A DNA stretch of 64,000 bases. Source: Schizosaccharomyces osmophilus. Taxonomy: Eukaryota. The position numbers and the translations under genes are program-made. The stretch spans positions 620,001-684,000 of the forward strand of contig NC_079239.1 in the NCBI RefSeq assembly GCF_027921745.1, given 5' to 3'. Shown here piece after piece: positions 37,526 through 47,883 of this stretch. How positions within the stretch are numbered: position 1 is the stretch's first letter; every line of letters begins with the position of its first letter. A model generated the notes under the pieces. That model saw nothing but the letters and a program-made list of their open reading frames with translations, was not told where the DNA came from and ran no database searches.

Positions 37526-37741
37526 TATTTGTTTTTAGGATCATGGAATGTTAACCGCCACCTCCTTATGTATGAACTAATTGTATGAAATAAACAACAA
37601 AGGAAATCCTATAGAAGAAGCGCTGCATCCACACTTACCTTCTACCAAATACCTTTTACCAAGTAAACAAGGTACGATTTCTTTGTTCAAGAGTTATCAA
37701 TAGTACTAATCATTTATTAGAAGATATTTATAATTTGAATC

Positions 37742-37885
37742 ATGGACAAGAAAGATTGTGGATGCGGCAGCGGACAAGCCTGCACTTGCCAAAAGGAATG
37801 CTCCTGCGAATCCTGTAAGGGCAGTTGTGGCTGCAAGAGTGGGGACAGCAAATGCGCTTGCGACTCTTGTAAATGCGGAAAGTGA
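37742..37885 (+). CDS. zym1: Zinc metallothionein (47 aa)
   Basis: Below the ORF-track cut-off. MDKKDCGCGSGQACTCQKECSCESCKGSCGCKSGDSKCACDSCKCGK* has repeated CxC motifs. Syntenic position. Confidence 0.93.
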   Translation: MDKKDCGCGSGQACTCQKECSCESCKGSCGCKSGDSKCACDSCKCGK

Positions 37886-39252
37886 TGATAAATGATCGAC
37901 TTTTCGTTCGGGTTCTCGTACATATGTCATATGGGAAACGAACGGTTATGGATATGTCTTTAATGAATGTTCTATACGAGTAAACATACCACAAGGAAAC
38001 ATCATTCCGTTTCTAGCACGTGGTGAGTATGTGATGCTATAAATGATATACGATTCTACTATTTCTATTTGTTTTGTATCGGTAGTTGATGCGATAAAGT
38101 GACATTGTACTGTTAAATATGAAACACAAAAACAGAAAGCTCAAAATCCGAAACGCCAGAATTGGGTAATTATATGCTTGAAAGTATGAGAGTGGAAACC
38201 TGGTGCGAGGGAGAGAGGTCTACATCAATGGCAGTGATTCATAGGTGGAATGGATCTTGTGGCACTGGGATCACACTACTGTACTAAAATTGGTGCCAGT
38301 GCTAGTGAAATCGTCCCTATCTTGGGGCTTGAGTGCTGAATCAAGTAGTCAGTCTGTTTTACTGGTTTTGTATGTTGGAGCGTAAACAAATGCATTCGCT
38401 GAGACAGACTGGCGTATTGTTACTTGATCGTAAAGTTGTATTTGGCAAACACAGTCAAGGGGAAGTAAATTATGGGTAGAGCAAAGGATCAAAGGATTGT
38501 AAAAAACGAAATACCTATCTACAAAGTATTGATGTTGATTCCCTTCCCCAATTTAATTTTGGGTCATTCGTACACAAATCCGTAGGTGAAATTACATTGT
38601 TCTAAAGCTTCGTAGGATTATGTTATATTATAAACACAATGATCGCAACCTACAAAGAACAACGCAGAGTAACATGAGGGAACAGAGGTACGCCCTTATT
38701 CTTAGGGACAATGTCTATTTCCCTAATACGCGTCGCATTTCATTACTCTTTCGTTTACCTTTTTACTTTCAAAAGCAAGAAAAGAAGCTATTTTTAAAAT
38801 CTTAGCCATAATATATAAAAAGAAAAAAAAAGAAAAAGTAAGGTGAAAAAAACCAGGTTTTCGTTGCATTCACGTTTCAGTGTTTTCATCTCTCTTTTCC
38901 ACCATTTGCAAGTTCACTCTTTTAAAGGGAAGAGCCGAAGGGTTTTAGGCTGTTTTACGTTCTTTTCATAATCTTTTCTTACCTTTGAAACTTTTTGTTT
39001 TCTTCTTTTTCTATATCATCCAACATTCACTCCAAAGAATCTTCCCCTCGTCACTCTTTTTGCTATCTTTCCTTTGTTTGATCAGGTACTCCTGTAATCC
39101 GTTAATACCAAACTTTCACAAATATCTTTATTCCCACAAATCCTTGCATTTTAATTACCTCTGACTTTTTGTGGGTTTGCTAATCGTAATATCTATTCAT
39201 TAATTCCTTTGTGGATTGAAGGCAAACACACAATTATTTCGTTCGTCTATTC

Positions 39253-40926
39253 ATGGTGAAGGTATGCCGAACATTCAATTTTTTTGTTTTCTTTTGCTTT
39301 TCCCCTTAGCTCTCTTACTAATCTTGATTCCAGATTCGACGTTCTTGGAAAAGCCATAGTCGCGTTTCGGATAAAAATCCGTTCTCTATTGAACCTCCCA
39401 GAAAGGTTGTACGAGCTCTGTATGACTACACAGCGCGAAAAGCTTCTGAAATTTCTTTTACCAAAGGTGATTTTTTTCATGTAATCGGTCGTGAAAACGA
39501 CGAGCGCTGGTATGAGGTCTGTAATCCGGCTGCAGGTACTCATGGGTATGTTCCCGTTTCCCACTTTGAAGAAATTGGAAAAAATGCCAATTCTATGAGA
39601 CTTAGCAGCGGTAGTGAATCCACTAGTACCCTGATAGATTTGACGAACTCTACTAATTCTCCACGAGTTTCTCTCAACGACTTACAATCTTCTACTCAGC
39701 CTCTATTTGGCGTTGTGCAGTTTGATTTTGTTGCCGAAAGACCTGATGAACTAGATGCCAAAGCTGGTGAAACAGTCATTATTATTGCTCGCTCTAATCA
39801 TGAATGGTTGGTTGCCAAACCAATCGGTAGGTTGGGTGGACCAGGTCTTATTCCTCTTACGTTTATTCAATTACGAGATTTAAAGACAGGTGCCGTGATC
39901 AAACATATCAGCGAAGCCATTCTGCGTACCTCTTGTATTCCACGAGTAGAAGACTGGAAACGGGCCGCTACTGATTACAAGAAAAGCAGCATTCCTTTAG
40001 GGACCTTTCATTGTCCAGCGGAAGACACCGCGTCTTCAACTGGATTTGAATCTAAGAGCACTTTAACCGATGCTGTGAAGAGCTCACCTCCTCCTTCCAT
40101 TTCTACTTCCCAGATAAGCTCTTCGAAGCTTAGTTCATTAAGCGCGAATAACGATGGACAATGCATACCCTCTGGTTCATCAAATAATTTCCCTCTGTCT
40201 AATGCTTCCCATGTAATCGCTGCAATGGTGGAGGCCTACTTCGTTCATAATGATCAATTCTGGTACTTAGTACGTGCAGTTATGAGTGATGGTCGACATC
40301 GAAATCTTTGCCGTTACTATGAAGACTTTTATTATCTTCAGTTGACACTCCTGGATGTGTTTCCAAGTGAAGCTGGGCGGGGAAAAAATCGCCGTGTAAT
40401 TCCCTACATGCCTGGCCCTGTCGACGATGTGAATGAATTGGTTTCTTCTCAACGAGCGTTGGATCTCGATGTCTATGTAAAAGAAATTTGCCGACTTCCT
40501 TCTCATCTATTGGAAAGTGACTATATCAAGAAGTTCTTTTTACCTATGGATGGCGACGTTGATGCTTCCCATCCTACCAGTTCCATGCCACGCGTCGTAG
40601 AACGTCCGTTCATATTTGCAGAATTGCAAGAACAGAAAGACATTCCTGCTCCCAACAAGCCTGTTTCCGGAAACGGCCATGTCCATAACCCCGCTATTCA
40701 GAAAGTCAAAATTCGTTCTGGCGATGAAACATTTGCCTTGCGCATTGCCTCAGATATTTCTTACGAAGCATTTATCGATAAACTGAAAGCAAAATTAGGT
40801 TTTGATTGGGACAAGCTAGTCTATAGGGACGATTCCAAGGATGAATTCTTACCCATGTGTAGTGCGGATGATCTACGCGATGCCTTCTCTCAAAAGTCCG
40901 GCACTTTATTGCTGGCAGAGAGATAG
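39253..40926 (+). CDS. scd2: Cdc42 scaffold Scd2/Ral3 (Bem1-like: SH3-SH3-PX-PB1); exons 39253-39261 and 39334-40926
   Basis: First SH3 (ALYDYTA...WYEV...GYVP) lies upstream of the track ORF. Second SH3 (QFDFVAERPDEL), PX (RYYEDFY) and PB1 (KVKI...YRDD) follow. Confidence 0.93.
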
Positions 40927-41507
40927 AATTTTGAATTTTTGATTTTGATTTTGAGTTATTCATTATCACTACTTGAATATGCCGCGTTATTTTATGATGG
41001 TTTTGCGAACGTACTTTTTTTTTCATTGCATTCTTTTTACTCATATTTCTTACAATAATTCGGCTATATTTTGTGATGACATGAGTTATGTTTTCTACGT
41101 TTTTGTACTTTACTTCGGGTTCCTTTCGTTCTTATTTAATACATTCCATTCTTTCACGAATTCTCGTTAATGGCTGGATTGAACTTCCATTGCCTAAGAT
41201 TTTCAATGCTATTTCAAATATATTTTTCAGCATGTAAAGTAATCACTATAAAAAACACTCGTAAAATTAAAGTAGTAAGTTCCATAGTAGTTAAGTATAC
41301 CTTGGTATGGGTTCTTGTACAATCCGTCAGTATACCACTACAATTTCTTGACCGTCAATTGAGTGAAGTGCCTAGAAACGCATTTTAAACCTCTAATACA
41401 ACACCAATAACGAAAATTAGAGTTCGAAGTGATTGGATTTAGCATCTCTACGTGCTTTTGTGCTTTTATGTCCGTCTTGTGAAGAATTAGAATCATTTTG
41501 TTAGAAT

Positions 41508-43107
41508 ATGAATAAAGCGGAGTTACGAGAACTTTACTTGTCATCTATTTTACCTGAAAGTTTACATAATAACCATAAAACTACTGAAGATGCTCCTTGT
41601 TTCATGTCACAGCGTAGTAAAGTGATACCTGTACGGCTAGAGTACCAAGAGCGAAAACTGCTTCATTTGCTGGTTGCTGCGTACGTAAATTTGATGAATT
41701 TTCTTGTCGATTAACTAATGAATCAGTTTGGACGTATGCGATTACACAGATACCGTTGATACCTTACGATTTTCGTCAAAAGCTAAACGAACTGCCCAGC
41801 AATTGAAAGGTATTACCTCCGTACTGGCGGGAATTATGGTAGCGTATGACTACAAAGCTGGACAGGATCTATTGGAAACCAAAGATTTTGAAAAGTATGC
41901 CAGCTTTTTCCAAGATGTATTTGAGATTGGCCGACGGTACAAAGTCTTGAATCCCAATCGTCTAGGTAGCACTTATGGTAAACTAATGTACTTTGTTCAA
42001 GATTCCATGTGTCAGGAAATTCAGGAAAATCTTGGCTTCAATCTATTCAAGCCAATTTTGACTGTTTACGAATATCTAGAAGATCGAAAAGCCTTGAAGG
42101 TTCTTGATGATCCTTATATTACGGCTGCTACTATGGAAATTGTAGCAGGCGGTCGATCAAGATCTGCCATCCAAAAAGATATCAAAACGAAAGAGCGTGC
42201 GGTAGAGACTATCGCAAAAAGACACGCGAGCTCAGCCATAACGAAGGACCAAATCCGTTGGTGCTTATATTCCCTGGCGGACAGCAACAGCTACCTTCGA
42301 TTTAACCGGGATCCGGTTGCTAAATTGATAGATATGGTTAAACAAAACTTCTCCGCCGATACCGTGGATGATGAATTCAGTTTAGCTATTGATGCTGCAA
42401 ATGGCTCTCGTTTACAACATAATCATTACAAGCAGTATCACTACGTACTTCAGAGTCTCAATTTGTGGCTTTTGATTATGGGTGAAATCTTTTCTTTATG
42501 GGCTTTGAGTGACTTGGAGTTGACAAATCCAGATGTCCAGTATGAATTGGTCGATAATAATCAAGGTGTTCATAGAATTCAGGCGTGTCCTAATATTCGA
42601 ATTGCTATGGAGCGTATCTTGAGTAAAGCTCAAAGACAAGCGGGCTCATGGATCGGCGATTCGACAATCCACTTGGGAGATACGGCAGTTCCAAATGCTT
42701 TACTATTTATTGATAAATATATGCAGGTACCACGTATTCTTACTCCACTTGTTTTATTCTTTGAAGAACTTGACTCTTTGCATGATCCGGCTTTGCTTCG
42801 CTACATAGAAACTGCATTCGGAGGAAAGGAATATTTGAAGAAAATGGTGCTAACCGATTTCATGCGCTTTGGTTTCGATGGCTCTGGTGCAGACAACTGG
42901 TTTGATGTATGTCGTCTTTTTGAGTTCAGAATATTATTTTGAACAATAATTATTATTCTGATTGGATTGTATGCTAACCATATATAGGCTGGCAGTTGTA
43001 TTGATGGCCGCCTTACTAGCGCCTGGAATTGGGCTAACAGTATTCACACAAAAGATTATTATAGGGTACTATTGATGACCGGCTTTCTGAGCTTCAATGG
43101 TGAATAG
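41508..43107 (+). CDS. Conserved DUF2009/UPF0652-like protein (3 exons)
   Basis: IPVRLEYQERK, FEIGRRYKVLNP...YGKLMY and FDGSGADNWFD|AGSCIDGRLTSAWNW motifs. GTACGT and GTATGT introns. Confidence 0.8.
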
Positions 43108-43408
43108 GATATTAAAAATTAAGACTAAAGAAATACTATATGTGTATTTTGTTTAATTCACATTCAAATTACTAGTTTTACTGACCCTTTTTTTGAACTC
43201 TACCTTGAGATGGATCAGCTTAAATGCTGTAATTTAAAAAAGTTCTTTTATTATATAAAAAAGTTTGTTTCAATAAATATTAAGAATATGTTATTTTAAA
43301 ATACCATTCTCATTACACTTGATTGTTTTAATAATGCTACTCCCAGCCTACATCGCAGTGATTAGTATTTCTATAGTCCTTTCCTCTCATTAAGGATGTA
43401 TTGTATTA

Positions 43409-45325
43409 ATGGTGTCAATTATAGTAAACAGGAATAATTACCACTTTTTAAGGACGTCGAAATCCTTCGTTTCTGACTGTATCTCAACAAATCGTGCTTG
43501 CAATAATGTTCATCAAAGGGCATCGAATGTTGTAGGATTTCGAAGAGGAAATGTCAGGTCCATATATGACTATCGATGGTTTCCGACTGAATTATTGTTA
43601 CACAAACGTTTCTCGAAAAATAGGGTCGCTTTTAGGTCGTTTGTAAATGTTCTTGAGAATCATGGTATAAGCTATGCGAATTTGGAGCTATCCGTTTCAA
43701 GACTATATAATGATTGTGTCTCCTCTTTAAGTCCTTTTTATACTTTGTACGAACCTAATGCAAGTTTATATTTACGCTTAATCGATTCCTTCTCAGAAAA
43801 CCAATTAGCAATCATTCTCCTGCAATCAAATTTTGAAGAAGAGGCAAATATAATTTTTGAATATTTACAAAGGGTAATTTGTTTAGATCCCGTCTATTCT
43901 CGTTCTTACAGGATTACCGAGAGCATATCGAATGATTTATTCGAACGTTGTAAATTATTGACAGAAAAAAATCAAGAAGATCCGAAGAACTTTATACATG
44001 CATGCATAAACTCTCTTCTATTCCTCTCCTACGATCGTTCTTTTTCTACTATCTATTGGCAGCAGGGATCTCAGTTTCAGCAATTCTTGGGTTTGTTGAG
44101 AGACTCTGCAGCTTCTGTTCATCAACCGCAACCTAGTCTTTATAAAAGCATTGAGCTATTTTTTTACTCTATTCTCAGGACTTATGCCCTGCATAAAGGA
44201 TTCATTCCTTTGGTCAATTCTATTGACCAATGCCTACCAGAGAACATGCGGATAAAACAAGAAGAGCTAGCAAGGGTAGAGTTGTTCGGAATGCGAATTT
44301 CTACCTCTTCACAATCCGTCTCACTTGAAAACTTCTCAGATTCCCGTTTGCTTTCTAGTCTTTACAGCGGTAATTATCGAGCTTTAAGTGAATGGCTTAC
44401 TAAAGCTTTTAAAGAGGGTACAGACGTAAATATAAAAATTCTTAGTTTATTTTTAAAAGGAGAACCTAAAATGATAAGTCTGAGAGATACCCTTTCCTTA
44501 TTTTTGTTTTTGGTAAAAAAGGATACCCATACCGGTTCGTTTCTTGAGGTCAAAGCTTCCTTGTTATCGAGATTACTTCGAGCTAAAAAATTGCATGAAT
44601 TTCATATCGTTCTCTCTACTACCCCTAACTTCCAATCGTTAATTGAACACCGAAATTATGGCGTTTTATTTCCAGTATTAGATTATATTACTGTCAAAAA
44701 AGATTTCGACCTTTTTGAAGAGCTTGACAATTCCCTTGTTAACTATGGAAGGGAAATTCCAGAAGATTTGTACATTGAACTTTTGAAATGCTATGGCCAA
44801 ATGCCGAAAGACGTAAAATTCTACAAACTATTTAAAGCCTTCCTGGGGAAAAATCCAGTTTTGAATGAAAATCAAAAACGTTATGTAAATAGCATCTTAT
44901 TAGAGAGTTGTCATACTCACCTTTCTCGGGTACTTTACCAAGAATTCCCAGATGTTTTAAGGCCGAGCAACTCAATCCTGTTTTTCTGCTATTGCTTTAG
45001 GAAAAAAGGACATGAATGGATTCGGAAATATTTAAACATCGCTGAGTACTCCAAAGATGACTTACGAAATGGCATGATTACGAGCTCGAATGCTTCAAAA
45101 ACGTTACTCAAAGCAATGTGTTCCAAATATGACTCAAGTCGAGCAATAGATTTTCTAAAAACGTGTTCTGCCGATGGACCTTACCCTTCAATTTTATTAC
45201 AGGAGATTCTACATCATGCTCAGACTGAGAATAATAGCGAGAGTGTACAATGGCTAAAGTTTCAAGAAGTTTTTTCTCAACAATCCTGCGAAAAAGAAAA
45301 AAAAAGAACACCTGTTATTATATAG
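43409..45325 (+). CDS. Lineage-restricted, probably mitochondrial helical-repeat (PPR-like) protein; orthologue of S. pombe SPAC22H10.09
   Basis: 638-aa intronless ORF with an Arg/Ser-rich, acid-poor N-terminus and degenerate 35-aa PPR-like motifs in the C-terminal third. Confidence 0.65.
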   Translation: MVSIIVNRNNYHFLRTSKSFVSDCISTNRACNNVHQRASNVVGFRRGNVRSIYDYRWFPTELLLHKRFSKNRVAFRSFVNVLENHGISYANLELSVSRLYNDCVSSLSPFYTLYEPNASLYLRLIDSFSENQLAIILLQSNFEEEANIIFEYLQRVICLDPVYSRSYRITESISNDLFERCKLLTEKNQEDPKNFIHACINSLLFLSYDRSFSTIYWQQGSQFQQFLGLLRDSAASVHQPQPSLYKSIELFFYSILRTYALHKGFIPLVNSIDQCLPENMRIKQEELARVELFGMRISTSSQSVSLENFSDSRLLSSLYSGNYRALSEWLTKAFKEGTDVNIKILSLFLKGEPKMISLRDTLSLFLFLVKKDTHTGSFLEVKASLLSRLLRAKKLHEFHIVLSTTPNFQSLIEHRNYGVLFPVLDYITVKKDFDLFEELDNSLVNYGREIPEDLYIELLKCYGQMPKDVKFYKLFKAFLGKNPVLNENQKRYVNSILLESCHTHLSRVLYQEFPDVLRPSNSILFFCYCFRKKGHEWIRKYLNIAEYSKDDLRNGMITSSNASKTLLKAMCSKYDSSRAIDFLKTCSADGPYPSILLQEILHHAQTENNSESVQWLKFQEVFSQQSCEKEKKRTPVII

Positions 45326-45737
45326 ACACCTGTAAGACTGTTGGTCAAATGTAATCACCATATTTTTTAAAATCTGGTTTCCTTCTTAATACTAATTGTC
45401 ATTTCACAAGTATTCTACATTGTAACAACCTACTTGCATTGAGTAAAGAACTCTCAGCCATGTCTTAAATTTCTGTTTATTCTGCTTTCGTGGAAGGACT
45501 AGATATAGTTGTTCATCGAGAAAATTTGCACTTCTTCTATTGCAATATACATATTATAAACCCGTAAACTCAATTCACCCAAGGCTCGTTAAAAAACCTG
45601 TATGAAGGTTTCAATATTGAACTACCAAATATTCATTTCCACCATGCCTAACTTCTTAACATCTTTTTGGGCACTTAAAATACGTAGAGAGGATTGTATA
45701 CAAGTCATACCTTTTACTGTTTATTAATTAAATAAAG

Positions 45738-47416
45738 ATGAAGAATATTCTTGCTTCTGAATACGCTAGTATTTTGGGTACACGTATTGTTCTTGTACCA
45801 GAACATCAAGAAAATAGTGATTTCAAGATTATTTTAGACAAGGATATCGATCCAAAAACTTTTGTAAAAAGATGCTGGCGTCACAAACTACCAATGTATG
45901 TTTTGAAATCGTGAAGGACTGTTTAACCTTGCAGAATTGTGAAAAATCGAAGCCTGTACTGCTCGAAAGAATTTCCTTTTGATAAAAAGAAATCTTTTTT
46001 AAATGCTTTGCAGGAAAAGTATGGGAGTTCTTCACCATTAATATCGTCATTAAACTTGGATAATGGCAAACAAATTGAGTTTTGCGGGTTTCAAGACATC
46101 AAAAGCTTGCAAGCAGACTTTCAGAGGTTAAGGATAGTAATTTTGGAAAACTTGCAAATATCTTCAGTTGATAGTGGTATAGATCTTGGATCCATTTTAC
46201 CAGGTATAGGAACAATTACTCGTTGCCTCTACTAATTGAATACAGGGATCCAAAAACTTAATTTATCTAATAACTTACTCACTTCTATGAATGATGTGCT
46301 ATTCCTATGCAGTCAGTTGGCAAATTTGAGCGAATTGATTTTGGAGTACGAGACGAGGAACTTTTCAGTAAACTAACTGATCCAGCAAGAACCAATACCT
46401 ATTTTTGGATGGATTAACTCATACATACTCTATCCCCCAAGTATCGAGCCTATCATTAAGAGATTGTAACATTCAATCATATGAACTTAATTGGATACAA
46501 ATCACATTTCCTTGCCTTAACGAACTTCACCTGGATTACAATGATATAAATTTAAGCCAGTATACTCGTTTTATATCAACCGGAATCCTTAGCTTGTCAC
46601 ACAACACTCAGTTATTGACAATTGATATCTCTTCTTCTTCTGTGTTTGAAAGGTAATACAATCAATGAACGAAGCTATACTAACGATTACAGAACAAAAT
46701 GGCTTAATATTTCTTTTGCTAATGTTTCCGACTTAAATACTTTACCCTTAGAAAAGATGCAATACTTATCTTTTCTAGATATTTCAGGAAACAACATTAG
46801 CTCATGGGATCAAATAACTCTTTTACAGAAACTTAAAAATCTGAAAGAACTTCGTGTCTCTCTTTCAAAACTTCATGATAAGACTGATGAGAGTAGAATG
46901 TTTGTTATTGCTCGCCTACCTGTCCTAATGAAACTTAATGATGTTTCTATAAGCAAGAGTGAACGCGAGGATTCTGAAATTTATTTTTCCTCGTATATAC
47001 GCAAGTACATTTCAGAGAAGGAAATCACTTCTGCTGGTGTATTGGATAGAATAGAGCCCGTTTGGCGACACATCTGGAAAAGACATGGTTTGCCAGTACT
47101 AGATTTTTATCAAGACAGAAAAGTCGAAAAGAAGCCAGGTATAATTAAAGACAATATATCACGGCCTGTGTGTGCTACGTACGATGAAAGTCACGAATCT
47201 CTTTACTTTCGATTCCATCAAAACTGGACGGTTTTATCGGTTAAAGCACTAATCGCATCTCAGTTTAACTTGCGCGCTCACGAAAACGTGTTCCAGTTTA
47301 AAGGTCAAGAAGACAAAGACTTTCAAACAATTGATTATACCCAGGACGAAAAGCAGCTATTTGAATTACCATTCACGATTATAGAAGTTAAAGTAAAAAG
47401 TTTAAGGAACGAATAA
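45738..47416 (+). CDS. alp21: Tubulin-folding cofactor E (exons 45738-45895, 45935-46203, 46246-46345, 46386-46652, 46693-47416; 505 aa)
   Basis: Exons sum to 1518 nt in one frame. Contains SFLNALQEKY, KQIEFCGF, LRRs (LNLSNNLL, LDISGNNI), RMFVIARL...EREDSEIYF and a C-terminal ubiquitin-like region. Exon 1 is the least certain part. Confidence 0.8.
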
Positions 47417-47883
47417 ACACGAAAAAAACATAAATATTTATACATAATATATAGATAATTAAAGGACCTCTTTAAATGAGCTCTGCTTATGCATTTTTAC
47501 TAAGCTTAAAGAATGATAAAAAAAACAAACAGAACTAAGCATATTTTCATAAGCATTAAATATAGTTAAACCAGCCAGACCACAATAATAGAGAAAAATA
47601 ACAAACCGAACAACAAAAATAAGACAATTCAGGCTGCAAATAGACAACTTCGTTGTTTTTCCTTCCATTTTTCATTTAAAAAAAAAAAAAAAAGTCGTAA
47701 ACACAACATCGAGCAAAACAGAAAGAGTAGTACTTCTTTCACGTGTGCATTGATGCACGTCAAGTTAACCTATAAGTTAAGACAGCAGTTGCATTACTAA
47801 AGCAACTTTTACAGATAAAAGTTACTATAGTAAAAATGAACATATGTATTAAGTAAATAACCCAAAATAACCCAAAATTAAAT

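Noticed and set aside
37679..37688. Ste11 TR-box TTCTTTGTTC near zym1 (another at 12485-12494)
   Set aside because: Single copies of a T-rich motif expected by chance; neighbouring genes are not mating genes.
37706..37930. 74-aa Ala-rich, TM-like minus-strand ORF
   Set aside because: Antisense shadow of the Cys-codon-rich zym1 gene.
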